From Candidatus Marinacidobacterales bacterium (GTDB lineage Bacteria > Acidobacteriota > Vicinamibacteria > Marinacidobacterales > DATDRI01), in the NCBI GenBank assembly GCA_965219415.1, contig CBDCNP010000002.1, positions 1,216,001 through 1,280,000 on the forward strand: 64,000 nucleotides of DNA, given 5' to 3'. Made by a program: the position numbers and the translations under genes. The stretch's first letter is position 1, and the number at the start of each line of letters is the position of its first letter. The notes under the pieces are model-generated. The model did not search any database, was not told the origin of the DNA, and saw only the letters and a program-made list of their open reading frames with translations. Shown in pieces: positions 20,569 through 30,558 of the stretch.

Positions 20569-21813
20569 TTACTCGAGCTCCTTACCCCGCGTCTCAGGAA
20601 GGAAGGCCGCCAGTGCGGCGGAGAAGAGAAAGGCCGCCGCGGTCACATTGAACGCCATCCCCAACCCGTAAGTCTCCGCCAGCGTGCCCACCACAAAAGG
20701 AGCGGCGGCGCTCGCCACCCTTCCGATGTTATAGGTCAGCCCCTGAGCGGTTGCCCGGATGCGGGTCGGAAAGAGCTCGGCGCTGATCACACCGAAGCCC
20801 GAAAAGTAGCCGGTGCCAAAGAACGCCAAGAAAGGCCCCAGCACCAGAAGCGCCGTAGGGTTGCGGGTGCTACCGTAGATGGGCACCAGCGCTGCGGCGA
20901 CCAGAAGGTAGAGAAGGTACGCTTTCTTGCGACCCAGTGAGTCGGCGATGAAGCCGAACGACACATAGCCAAACCACTGGCCGACGGTCAGCACTATGAT
21001 CCAGACGGACGATCCAATGACGGTGAGGCCGGCGCCACCTTGTTCGGGAGGAAGTTTCAGATAGGTGGGAACCCACGTGAAGAGCCCCCACCAGGCAAAC
21101 ATGGTTCCCGCGTTCATGAAGGTCATTAAGAGAGTGTTCCGGAGATAGGGGGGAGAGAAAATAGTCCAGATACTGATGGACGCGGTTTCGTCCGATTGTT
21201 CGCGCGAGCGAAGCCAGATCTCCGGCTCGGCGACCCTTCTCCGGATCCACAGCGTTATTAAGGCGGGGAGAATGCCGACGAAAAATACGGCGCGCCAGCC
21301 GAGAGTCGGAAGGATCAGGGCGGTAACGCCCGCCGCCGCCGCATAACCCACCGCCCAAGAGCTCTGCATGATGCCCATGGCCTTGCCCCGATGCTCGGGG
21401 GGCCAGGTCTCGGCAACCAGAGCCGCACCAGAAGCCCACTCCCCTCCCATTCCAAAACCGAGTAACACGCGAAACACTGCGAGTTGAAGGACCGTCTGAG
21501 ACAAACCGCATGCGGCGGTGAACACGGAGTAGATGAGGATGCTGAGCATGAGCGCCCGTGTGCGCCCGATTCGGTCAGCCAGAATGCCGAAGAGAACACC
21601 TCCCGCTGCGGAAGAGAGCAAAGTGACCGAGGCCAGGAGACCACCGGTGCCCTTGTCCATCTCCAAGCTCTGCATCACTTCGAGCAGAATCAGCGCATAG
21701 AGCTGCACGTCCATGCTGTCCAGCATCCAGCCGAGCGATGCGGCGAGGAGACTTCGGCGTTGCACAGATGTGATTTCACTGTACCAATGATTCGAAGCGG
21801 AGTTGGATGGCAT
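20569..21813 (-). CDS. MFS transporter (sialate/carboxylate:H+ symporter-like)
   Basis: LGWMLDSMD, GILADRIGR, GMGGEW, ETWP...RG and ELFPTRIRATAQG motifs, with about 12 TMs. Confidence 0.92.
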   Translation of the reverse strand: MPSNSASNHWYSEITSVQRRSLLAASLGWMLDSMDVQLYALILLEVMQSLEMDKGTGGLLASVTLLSSAAGGVLFGILADRIGRTRALMLSILIYSVFTAACGLSQTVLQLAVFRVLLGFGMGGEWASGAALVAETWPPEHRGKAMGIMQSSWAVGYAAAAGVTALILPTLGWRAVFFVGILPALITLWIRRRVAEPEIWLRSREQSDETASISIWTIFSPPYLRNTLLMTFMNAGTMFAWWGLFTWVPTYLKLPPEQGGAGLTVIGSSVWIIVLTVGQWFGYVSFGFIADSLGRKKAYLLYLLVAAALVPIYGSTRNPTALLVLGPFLAFFGTGYFSGFGVISAELFPTRIRATAQGLTYNIGRVASAAAPFVVGTLAETYGLGMAFNVTAAAFLFSAALAAFLPETRGKELE

Positions 21814-22180
21814 GGTCTTACAAGCGCCCAGTACGGCCTTCTACTAGAAAAAAGCTCCGGCTGTCAAGGAAAGTTGGACGATCCCCGATCGCGACCCGGC
21901 GGGTGCCAACGGCGGAGTCGACTCCCATCGTTCGTTTTCCCGGCTTTCACCTCTTCTCACTTATCCGCTCACTTATCCGCGGTGGACTCTTCTTTGTTTC
22001 CAGGAACTGTATTTGTAGACGCCTCTGTCCTCCTGACTTCCGGTGAGATCGATCTCCGATGGCTTGGATCTTCATCCGGATTTTTGGATTTTCCAGCCTG
22101 CCCAGGGGCTTCTAGAGACACCCACCCTCTCCATGCATCTGACAATACGGCAGTTAAGAATCGGCTCTTTCTTGAAAACT

Positions 22181-22196
22181 TGGCGCCGCGTTTGCA
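22181..22196 (+). promoter_or_regulatory. Sigma54 (-24/-12) promoter candidate upstream of the TonB-dependent receptor
   Basis: TGGCGCCGCGTTTGCA has exact GG-N10-GC spacing and lies about 90 bp before the ATG. Confidence 0.6.
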
Positions 22197-22286
22197 TTTC
22201 CACTGGGAAGTGGATTATATACTGTATGCTTGCTCGCTTTGGAAGTCCCATGAAAACGGCCACCGCAGGCCGGGGAGGTTTAAGTC

Positions 22287-25241
22287 ATGCATGACAGATC
22301 AGGGTTTTTTACGAAGCTTTTGCCATTTATCGCCGCGGTGCTGATCTTTCATCTAGCACCCACCACCACCGAGGCTCAGAGTACCGATGCGGCCGTGTTC
22401 GGAACGGTCAAGGACGCCACCGGCGCCGTCGTCCCGGGGGCGACGATTACCGCCACAAACGAAGGAACCGGATTCAGCCGCTCTGCGGTCACCGGCCCGG
22501 AAGGCCGTTACCGCGTCCGCGCGCTGAACCCGGGTACCTACACATTGGTGATGGAATTGGATGGGTTCAAGACGATGACCATGACCGGCATCATTCTGCA
22601 ACTCGGACAGGAGGCACCCATCAGTTTCGACGCGGAGCTAGCGACCGTCGCCGAAACGGTCACCGTCACAGGGGAGTCACCCCTGGTGGAGATCACCAAG
22701 GCCGAGATCTCGGGAGTGGTAGCTCAGGACCAGATCGACTCCTTGCCGCTGAACTCGCGTCAGTACTTGAACCTAGCACTGCTCATGCCCGGCACCAGCC
22801 AGGATGGTGCCCGCCCGTACTACAACAACATCAATATCTCCTCGGGAGGCACGTTCTATTCGAGTGCGTTTGTCGCGGATGGGATGGTGAACACCTGGGC
22901 GGAGCAGGGAGAGCCTCGGCAGGACCTGCCCCAAGATGCCGTGGAAGAATTCAAGGTCATCAACACTCAGGCCAAGGCCGAGTACGGGCTGGCTACCGCA
23001 GGGGTCATCACGGTGGTGACCAAGTCGGGGACGAACGACATCCATGGCAACGTATTCTGGTACTACCGGAACCAGACATTGAACCAGAATAACTTCTTCA
23101 ACAGAGAGCTCGGCATCGGGGAGCCCGACTTCTTCCGTCATCAGTTTGGTGGTAGCGTGGGAGGGGCTATCGTAAAGGACAAGAGTCATATTTACGTGGC
23201 CTTCGAAAGGACCGACCAGGAGGCGGCCTTTACGGTTAACACGGGTGGAGTGTTCCCGGAGTTTGACGGAGCCTTTCCCAGAGAGTTCTGGCGGAACCTC
23301 TTCTCGGTTCGATGGGATCAAACGATCTCGGACGAACATAACCTCTTCGCCCGGTACGCACAGGAGGATGAGTTGACGGGCTGCTTTCGCTGTGGCGGCA
23401 CTCGAAGGCAAAATGCAGGCTTCGACAACCAAGTCCCTCGGAAGGCGCTGGTCGTCGGACTGACTTCGATTTTCAGTGCGCAGGCCCTCAACGAGTTCAA
23501 GCTTCAGCGGGCCTACTCCGAGTACCAGATCGCTCCCTCCGGAACTCCGATCTTTACCAAGGTGAACGAGTTTCCTCCGGAACGGCTAGCCAACATCCAG
23601 CGCGTCATCATCCGTCCCAATGTCGTTGATGGCGGTAACTTCGACGAGCTTGGACCCGAGCATCGCTGGGAGTTCCGCGACGACTTCACTTACTTCAAGA
23701 GCGATTGGGGAGGGGATCACAACTTCAAGATGGGTGCAGACTTCAGCCACATACCCTTTGAGGACAGCTCCGCGCAGAATTTTGACGGAGGAAACTACAC
23801 CTTCGCCACCAACGACCCCTACGATCCGAACGATCCCAGCACCTTTCCGATTGTGTTTACCAACAGGTTGCCGCCATCCTACACGCGGGTCGACTCACAG
23901 CATTTGGCGCTTTATTTCCAGGACGATTGGTCGCCGAACGAGAAATTAACGTTCAACCTGGGTATTCGTTACGACCGGCAGTATGGCTCCTTCAACGAGA
24001 ACCTGGATATCAACGATTATCCCATCCTCGGCGGCCAAATCCCCGCCGTCCCACCGGATGTCGTAGCCGCGCTTGAAAGCATCGTCCTCCCGATTCCCTT
24101 CCAGCCCGATCCAAAAACCCGAGGAGATAAGAACAACTTTGGGCCCCGTTTTGGCTTCGCCTATGACCCCTCGGGTGACGCCGGGATGGTGATCCGTGGT
24201 GGATACGGTATCTACTACGACAACATCCGCACCTTGGCGAACTTCTTCGAGTGGCGAAACTTTAGCCGGCTAAGCCTCCGGATCAGTAATCCACCGTTTC
24301 CCGATCCCTACGGGGGCCGGGACCAGCTGGAGTTCATCACCTCTGGAGTACAAAACGTCGGATTTTTGGCGCAAGACTTTCACAATCCCCAGTCGCACCA
24401 GGTGAACTTCGGTTTCGAGAAGGAGATCGTGCCAGGATTTGCGTTCAACGCGGACTTCCTTTATACCCGTACCCGGGACGATCGAAAGACCGTCGACCTG
24501 AACCCGAGGGATCCGATCACCCGCCTGCGGCCCATTCCCGAGTTTGGCCGAATCGACGAGGTGCAGTCCATCTCCCAGACCGACTACCGGGGCCTATACG
24601 TCAGGGTCGATAGGCGCTTCAAGAACAACTATCAGTACCTCGTGAGTTACACCTGGCAGTCGGGGAAAGACAACGTGCCGGGCCGACGTTTCGTGAATCA
24701 GGAGCCAAGCCGTCGCGAGGATGATTACGGGAACTTCACCATTGACCGTCGGCACATGCTCGTGGCCTCCGGCTTCGTAATTCTTCCCTACGACATCGGG
24801 CTTTCCGGAATCTACACCTTGCGCACGTCGATGCCCTTTAGTGCGAAAGCAGGTAGGGATCTCAATGGGGACGGCTTCGCCACCGGCACCGATGGCGACT
24901 ACGTGCCGGGCACCACCCGCAACCAGGGGAACCGCGATCTCGACCTTTCCTTGGTGAACGATTGGAGAGCCCTGAACGGATTGGGCCCGATCCCCGCCGA
25001 CCAAATCGATAGCACCCGCTACCTCAACCTGGATTTGCGCGTGAGCAAACAGATTCAGGTGGGTGGCGGCGCGGCCGTGGAGCTCATGTTTCAGGTGTTC
25101 AACGTCTTCGACAACCTCAATCTAGGTGCGCGCTTCCTTACCCCCCCGAACGTACAGAACTCACTTTCCCCGAGTTTTGGACGGATCCTCAGTGCGCAGG
25201 ATGCGAGGCAAGCCGAAATAGCGTTCCGTTTCCTTTGGTAG
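22287..25241 (+). CDS. TonB-dependent receptor (Oar-like, N-terminal carboxypeptidase-regulatory-like domain)
   Basis: Signal peptide, GTVKDATGAVVPGATIT, ETVTVTGESPLVE, LPLNSRQYLNL, TKSGTN..HG, YFQDDW and DKNNFGPRFGFAYD motifs, and an aromatic C-terminus (FRFLW). Confidence 0.93.
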   Translation: MHDRSGFFTKLLPFIAAVLIFHLAPTTTEAQSTDAAVFGTVKDATGAVVPGATITATNEGTGFSRSAVTGPEGRYRVRALNPGTYTLVMELDGFKTMTMTGIILQLGQEAPISFDAELATVAETVTVTGESPLVEITKAEISGVVAQDQIDSLPLNSRQYLNLALLMPGTSQDGARPYYNNINISSGGTFYSSAFVADGMVNTWAEQGEPRQDLPQDAVEEFKVINTQAKAEYGLATAGVITVVTKSGTNDIHGNVFWYYRNQTLNQNNFFNRELGIGEPDFFRHQFGGSVGGAIVKDKSHIYVAFERTDQEAAFTVNTGGVFPEFDGAFPREFWRNLFSVRWDQTISDEHNLFARYAQEDELTGCFRCGGTRRQNAGFDNQVPRKALVVGLTSIFSAQALNEFKLQRAYSEYQIAPSGTPIFTKVNEFPPERLANIQRVIIRPNVVDGGNFDELGPEHRWEFRDDFTYFKSDWGGDHNFKMGADFSHIPFEDSSAQNFDGGNYTFATNDPYDPNDPSTFPIVFTNRLPPSYTRVDSQHLALYFQDDWSPNEKLTFNLGIRYDRQYGSFNENLDINDYPILGGQIPAVPPDVVAALESIVLPIPFQPDPKTRGDKNNFGPRFGFAYDPSGDAGMVIRGGYGIYYDNIRTLANFFEWRNFSRLSLRISNPPFPDPYGGRDQLEFITSGVQNVGFLAQDFHNPQSHQVNFGFEKEIVPGFAFNADFLYTRTRDDRKTVDLNPRDPITRLRPIPEFGRIDEVQSISQTDYRGLYVRVDRRFKNNYQYLVSYTWQSGKDNVPGRRFVNQEPSRREDDYGNFTIDRRHMLVASGFVILPYDIGLSGIYTLRTSMPFSAKAGRDLNGDGFATGTDGDYVPGTTRNQGNRDLDLSLVNDWRALNGLGPIPADQIDSTRYLNLDLRVSKQIQVGGGAAVELMFQVFNVFDNLNLGARFLTPPNVQNSLSPSFGRILSAQDARQAEIAFRFLW

Positions 25242-25258
25242 CAACTCGTTAACCCAAG

Positions 25259-25295
25259 GGGAAGAGGAGATTCCATCTCCTCTTCCCTTTTTTTT
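25259..25295 (+). terminator. Rho-independent terminator
   Basis: A 13-bp stem GGGAAGAGGAGAT-TCC-ATCTCCTCTTCCC followed by T8. Confidence 0.9.
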
Positions 25296-25312
25296 GTACG
25301 CGAGGCCAGACG

Positions 25313-26683
25313 TTGAAAACTGTGCATCTTCTTCTCGTGGCCATGCTCTCTTTAGCCGTGGGCGTGAGCGGGTCCTCCCCTCTCCAGGTTAGCTACCCTC
25401 TTGTCGTGGATCTGCTGTCGAAGAACGCTGATGTTCGCAGAAGGGCTGGAGAGCGGCTGGTCGCTTCCGGCGACAAGTCCCTTCTCGCCGCACTCAACGA
25501 CGCCCTCGCCTTCTGCTATGTGATTCAGGACCCCGACCGGGCGGACGAAATCGCCAAGGTTATGCAGCGTATTGCCCACCAGGAAGTCCGCGAAAACCCT
25601 AAACTGGGCTGGATGAAATGGGTCGGGCGCCACGAAGAGATCGAGCCCAAGCCGGGCTATCTCGACTTCAAGAGGGCAGTCTTCGCCTTTTACGATCCGG
25701 CTTTCCGTCAATTCCTGGACCCAGGATTCACCTTCCGCATTCGTCCCGAGGAGATCGAGTGGGGTGGAGTCAAGAAAGACGGCATCCCCACGCTTCAAAA
25801 CCCAGCGGTCATCCGCGCCAAGGACGCGAAGTACCTCGGCAGCAAAGATCTGGTCTTTGGGGTCTACCTGGACGGGGTTGCGAGAGCGTACCCGCACCGG
25901 ATCCTCGACTGGCACGAAATGACGAACGACGTGGTGGGAGACACCCCGATAAGCCTTTCCTATTGCACGCTCTGTGGCTCGGGAATCCTCTACGACGGCC
26001 GGGTCGACAAGCAACAATACACCTTCGGTTCGTCGGGGCTACTCTATCGTTCGAACAAGCTCATGTACGATAACCAAACGAAGAGCCTTTGGAGCAACTT
26101 GACTGGTGAGCCGGTATCGGGAAAGCTCGCCGACTCGGGGATCAAGCTGAAGATGCTACCCGTGGTCGTGACCACCTGGAAGGAATGGGTGAAGATGCAT
26201 CCCGATTCCGAAGTTGTCGACCTGGAAACGGGTTACGACCTGGACTACGCCAACCCACCCTATGAGGAGTACTTCAGTTCCGACGACACGATGTTCCCGG
26301 TTTGGCTCGAGAACGACCGCCTGAAAAAGAAGGAGTGGGTCTTCGCGTTGATCGTGAACGACAAGCCAAAGGCCTACCCGCTGAAGGCATTGAAAAAGGA
26401 GCGCATCGTTCACGATGAGCTCGGCGGCAAGGACCTGGTGTTGGTGGTAGGGAAGAGCTCGGGCGCGGTTAGAGCCTACGAATCGGACGGCCGCCGCTTC
26501 AAGCGCGGCGACGAGGATGGCGAAGTGATCGAGGAGCGCTCGGGCTCCGTCTGGAAGATCACCGAGGATTCTCTGAACGATCCGTCCGGTGAACATCGGC
26601 TGGCCCGCTTGCCAGGGCACAACGCGTTTTGGTTCGGTTGGTACGCTTTCTACCCCGAGACCGATCTCTACCAGCGACGCTAG
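25313..26683 (+). CDS. DUF3179-family exported protein (CxxC)
   Basis: WGGVKKDGIP, ARAYP.RIL.WHE, YCTLCGSG, FGSSGLLYRSN.LMYD.QT.SLW and FWFGWYAFYPET motifs. Confidence 0.85.
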   Translation: MKTVHLLLVAMLSLAVGVSGSSPLQVSYPLVVDLLSKNADVRRRAGERLVASGDKSLLAALNDALAFCYVIQDPDRADEIAKVMQRIAHQEVRENPKLGWMKWVGRHEEIEPKPGYLDFKRAVFAFYDPAFRQFLDPGFTFRIRPEEIEWGGVKKDGIPTLQNPAVIRAKDAKYLGSKDLVFGVYLDGVARAYPHRILDWHEMTNDVVGDTPISLSYCTLCGSGILYDGRVDKQQYTFGSSGLLYRSNKLMYDNQTKSLWSNLTGEPVSGKLADSGIKLKMLPVVVTTWKEWVKMHPDSEVVDLETGYDLDYANPPYEEYFSSDDTMFPVWLENDRLKKKEWVFALIVNDKPKAYPLKALKKERIVHDELGGKDLVLVVGKSSGAVRAYESDGRRFKRGDEDGEVIEERSGSVWKITEDSLNDPSGEHRLARLPGHNAFWFGWYAFYPETDLYQRR

Positions 26684-26715
26684 CAAAGCCTAGTGAGCCC
26701 CCCGGAGCCGGAGCG

Positions 26716-28842
26716 ATGACGTGCCGCATCGGCGCCGACATCGGTGGTACTTTCACTGACCTGGTCCTCGTCGACGACGCCGGATCCCTCTTCCAGGTAG
26801 GCAAGGTTCTGACCACACCCGATCAACCGGAGGACGCGGTGGAACAGGGTGTAAAGGAGCTACTGACGGCCGCCCGAGTGCCGGCGGCGGAAGTATCCCA
26901 TGCGATTCACGGTACCACGTTGCTCACCAACGCCCTCATCGAACGGAAGGGCGCCAAGACTGCCCTGATCACTACCCAGGGGTATCGCGATGCCATCGAG
27001 ATCGGAAGAGAGCATCGGTACGACATGTACGACCTGCTTATGGAAAGACCGGCTCCCCTGGCGCCCCGCTATCTCCGCTTCGAGCTCGATGAACGCATCC
27101 TAGCAGACGGTACGGTCCACCGGTCGCTCGATCGAGACGCGGTGGTGCGGCTCATCGACACCCTGCGCACGGAGGGGGTCGAAGCCGTCGCGGTCTCCCT
27201 CCTCCACAGCTATCGCAACCCCACCCACGAGCGGGCGGTGGGGGAACTCGTCCGCGAACATGCTCCGGAGATGACGTGTTCGCTTTCCTGCGAAGTGGTG
27301 CCGGAGATTCGAGAGTACGACCGCACCTCTACCACGCTCGTGAACGTCTACGTGCAGGGGCTGGGCGACCGGTACCTCCTGAGCCTCCGTAAGCGTCTGA
27401 AAGCGCTCGGTCTCGAGGGGGCCCTGTTCATCATGCAGTCGAACGGCGGCGTCTGCGACGTCGACACCGCGCGTCGATTCCCGGTTCGGCTGATTGAGTC
27501 GGGGCCAGCGGCGGGTTCGTTGGCCGCAGCGCACTACGGCCGGCTCATGGGCTACCCCGATCTTCTCTCTTTCGACATGGGAGGTACCACCGCCAAGGCA
27601 TGCATCATCGACAAGGGTGAGCCGCTCATCGCGCCCGAATTCGAGGTGGATCGTAAGTACCGGTTCAAGAAAGGGAGCGGGCTGCCGGTCAAGGTGCCGG
27701 TGGTCGAGATGATCGAGATCGGCGCCGGCGGCGGGAGCATCGCCCGGATCGACGGGTTGCGCCGACTCACCGTGGGACCGGACAGCGCCGGGGCGAGTCC
27801 CGGACCGGCCTGCTATGGCCAAGGCAGCACCGCACCCACGGTCACCGATGCGGATCTGGTGCTCGGCTATCTAGACCCGGGCTTTTTTCTTGGGGGGCGG
27901 CTCCAGCTCGATCGCGAAGCCGCGCTCGCTGCCATAGGAAAGCAGATCGCCGAGCCATTGGAACTCGACCCGGTGGCGGCGGCATGGGGCATCCATCAGG
28001 TAGTCAACGAGAACATGGCCTCGGCGGCTCGTATTCACGCCGTGGAGCGCGGCAAGGACACCGCGCGGTTGCCGCTCTTCGCCTTCGGGGGAGCGGGCCC
28101 GGTCCATGCGTACCGCGTGGCGAGGATCCTACGGTGCCCGTCGGTGGTCTCCCCGCTCGGTGCCGGCGTCACCTCCGCGGTCGGCTTTCTCACCGCACCC
28201 TTGGCGTTCGACTTCGTGCGCACGCTCCCTGGAGAGTTGGAGGCCATGGATTGGGCGAAGGCGAACCGCGCCCTCGACGAAATGGAACGGCAGGGTCTCG
28301 AGGTCCTGGGCCGAACGATTCCGGCGAGTCAGATTACCTTCCGGCGTTTCGGCGATCTGCGCTACCGGCGCCAGGGATACGACATCCGGGTGCCCATTCC
28401 CGGCGGCGAGCTTGGGCCCCAAAGCGAGCCCGCGATTCGGCAAGCCTTCGAGCAATGCTATCAGGCTCTCTATGGGCACCTCCCCTCCGACCTCACCATT
28501 GACGTCATGAGTTACCGCGTCATCGCCGAGGGCCCGCGCCCCGATCTGCACTTGCCGAGGACAGGAGAAGACTCGCCGACGAACGGGCAGGAGCGGCATG
28601 CCTTGAAAGGGCACCGTTCGGTCTACATGCCCGAATCCGAAGGGTTCGTGGACGCGCCGGTTTACGACCGCTACCGGCTCGGGCCCGACCAAAACTTCGC
28701 TGGACCAGCCATCGTGGAGGAGCGAGAATCGACCGTCGTGATCGGACCCGGCGCTCGGGCGCGGGTCGACGCCTGGTCTAGCCTCATCGTCGACATGAAC
28801 CCGGGACATGAACCTGAAGCGGCGGGCACTACGGAGACGTAA
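26716..28842 (+). CDS. Hydantoinase/5-oxoprolinase family subunit A (ATP-binding)
   Basis: DIGGTFTD, KVLTTP, HGTT..TNA, ESGPAAG, DMGGTT, IGAGGGS, PTVTDAD and FGGAGP motifs. Confidence 0.93.
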   Translation: MTCRIGADIGGTFTDLVLVDDAGSLFQVGKVLTTPDQPEDAVEQGVKELLTAARVPAAEVSHAIHGTTLLTNALIERKGAKTALITTQGYRDAIEIGREHRYDMYDLLMERPAPLAPRYLRFELDERILADGTVHRSLDRDAVVRLIDTLRTEGVEAVAVSLLHSYRNPTHERAVGELVREHAPEMTCSLSCEVVPEIREYDRTSTTLVNVYVQGLGDRYLLSLRKRLKALGLEGALFIMQSNGGVCDVDTARRFPVRLIESGPAAGSLAAAHYGRLMGYPDLLSFDMGGTTAKACIIDKGEPLIAPEFEVDRKYRFKKGSGLPVKVPVVEMIEIGAGGGSIARIDGLRRLTVGPDSAGASPGPACYGQGSTAPTVTDADLVLGYLDPGFFLGGRLQLDREAALAAIGKQIAEPLELDPVAAAWGIHQVVNENMASAARIHAVERGKDTARLPLFAFGGAGPVHAYRVARILRCPSVVSPLGAGVTSAVGFLTAPLAFDFVRTLPGELEAMDWAKANRALDEMERQGLEVLGRTIPASQITFRRFGDLRYRRQGYDIRVPIPGGELGPQSEPAIRQAFEQCYQALYGHLPSDLTIDVMSYRVIAEGPRPDLHLPRTGEDSPTNGQERHALKGHRSVYMPESEGFVDAPVYDRYRLGPDQNFAGPAIVEERESTVVIGPGARARVDAWSSLIVDMNPGHEPEAAGTTET

Positions 28843-30551
28843 TGGATCAACTCACGCTTGAAGTGCTCTGGAACCGCATGATCAGCGTGGTGAACGAGCA
28901 GGCCGCGGCGCTCATCCGAACGTCTTTCACTTCTATCGTTCGCGAAGCGGGCGACCTGTCGGCAGGCGTCTTCGATCGCCGAGGCCGCATGATCGCGCAG
29001 GCGGTGACCGGGACGCCCGGTCACATCAACTCCATGGCCACCGGCATGCGCCACTTCCTCGCCGCCTTCCCGCCCGACGCGCTCAGGCCGGGCGACGTCC
29101 TGGTGACCAACGATCCGTGGAAGACGGCATCGCAACTCAACGACATTACCGTCGCCACTCCCATCTTCCGAGACGGGCGATTGGTGGCGTTCTTCGCCAA
29201 CACCTGTCACGCCTTGGATATCGGCGGGCGCGGTCTCTCGGCCGACTCCCACGAAGTCTATGAGGAAGGCCTGCTCATTCCGGTGATGAAGCTCTATGAC
29301 GAGGGGCGACCGGTCACCCCCTTCTTCGATCTCCTGCGCTCGAATGTCCGCGCCCCCGAGGAGGTCCTTGGAGACCTCCACTCCCAAGTGGTGGGCAATG
29401 AAGTGGGGGGGCGGGAGCTCCTCTCGTTTCTCGACGAGTTCGGCCTCGGCGACATCGAGGCGCTGGCGGATCTGATCCTGGACCGGTCCGAGGCGGGGAT
29501 GCGCGAACGGATCGCGGTCATCCCGGACGACGCCTACCCGTTCGAGCTTTGGATCGACGGTTTCGATGATCCGGTGCGGATCAAGGTCTCGGTGATCGTG
29601 CGCGGGGACAGCATCACGGTGGACTATGCCGGCTCGTCCGGCCCGGTCGACCAAGGCATTAACGTGGCCATGAACTACACCACCGCCTACACCACGTACG
29701 GCCTCAAGTGTGCCATCTCCCCGGACGTCCCCAACAACGAAGGTAGCTTCCGGCCGGTGACCGTCACCGCGCCGAAGGACTCCATCTTGAACGCCCAGTT
29801 CCCCGCCGCGGTGGGTGGACGCCACCTGGTCGGTCATTTTCTCCCCGCCGCGATCTTCGGCGCCTTGGCGGAAGCCTTGCCGGATCGAGTGATGGCTCCC
29901 GGGGCCGATGGCTTGTGGGATACCCAAATCTTCGGCCACGATCCCAAAACGGGAAACCGTTTCACCTACGTGTGGTTCTCCTCCGGTGGCACCGGCGCCC
30001 TCTCGACGAAGGATGGACTCTCGGCCACGGCGTTTCCCAGCGGTATCGCCGGGGTCCCGGCGGAGGTGATCGAGACGCTTTCGCCCGTCCTGTTGAAGCG
30101 ACGAGAGCTCCGCACGGATTCGGGCGGAGCCGGCACATACCGAGGCGGGCTCGGTCAGGTGATGGAGGTCGCGGTGCGCACGGACCAGCCCTTTAACTTC
30201 TCGGGGCTCTACGAGCGGATCCAGTGTCCCGCCCCGGGTCTGAGCGGTGGGCGGCCGGGTGCCGCCGGCGACTTGCGGGCGAGCGATCCCAACCTATCGC
30301 TGCGCGCCAAAACCCGCACCCGCCTCCCCGCCGGCGTGGAGATCACCCTCGAGCTACCGGGCGGTGGGGGATACGGAGCGCCGTGGGAACGGGATCCCGC
30401 CAGGGTTCTCGAAGACGTGCGAAACGGCTACGTCTCGCTTGAGCGGGCGCGCACGGATTACGCGGTAGCGATCGATCCGAAGCGCCTTGTGATACTGGAG
30501 GACGAGACCGACGCTCTTCGGGCGGAGAAACGCGCGAACGGCTCGAGCTGA
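28842..30551 (+). CDS. Hydantoinase B/oxoprolinase family subunit
   Basis: RTSFT.IVREAGD, NDPW, H..DIGG, EEGL.IP, DSGGAG..RGG and PGGGGYG motifs. It is translationally coupled to subunit A (TAATG). Confidence 0.93.
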   Translation: MDQLTLEVLWNRMISVVNEQAAALIRTSFTSIVREAGDLSAGVFDRRGRMIAQAVTGTPGHINSMATGMRHFLAAFPPDALRPGDVLVTNDPWKTASQLNDITVATPIFRDGRLVAFFANTCHALDIGGRGLSADSHEVYEEGLLIPVMKLYDEGRPVTPFFDLLRSNVRAPEEVLGDLHSQVVGNEVGGRELLSFLDEFGLGDIEALADLILDRSEAGMRERIAVIPDDAYPFELWIDGFDDPVRIKVSVIVRGDSITVDYAGSSGPVDQGINVAMNYTTAYTTYGLKCAISPDVPNNEGSFRPVTVTAPKDSILNAQFPAAVGGRHLVGHFLPAAIFGALAEALPDRVMAPGADGLWDTQIFGHDPKTGNRFTYVWFSSGGTGALSTKDGLSATAFPSGIAGVPAEVIETLSPVLLKRRELRTDSGGAGTYRGGLGQVMEVAVRTDQPFNFSGLYERIQCPAPGLSGGRPGAAGDLRASDPNLSLRAKTRTRLPAGVEITLELPGGGGYGAPWERDPARVLEDVRNGYVSLERARTDYAVAIDPKRLVILEDETDALRAEKRANGSS

Positions 30552-30558
30552 GCGTCGG

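Noticed and set aside
21961-21981. TTATCCGC repeats resembling DnaA boxes (possible oriC)
   Set aside because: There are only two imperfect boxes from one tandem duplication, with no AT-rich unwinding element or replication genes.
25313-26683. Possible selenoprotein or TGA recoding (DUF3179 and the split genes)
   Set aside because: The motif is Cys-encoded (CTLC), and the split genes change frame rather than reading through an in-frame TGA.
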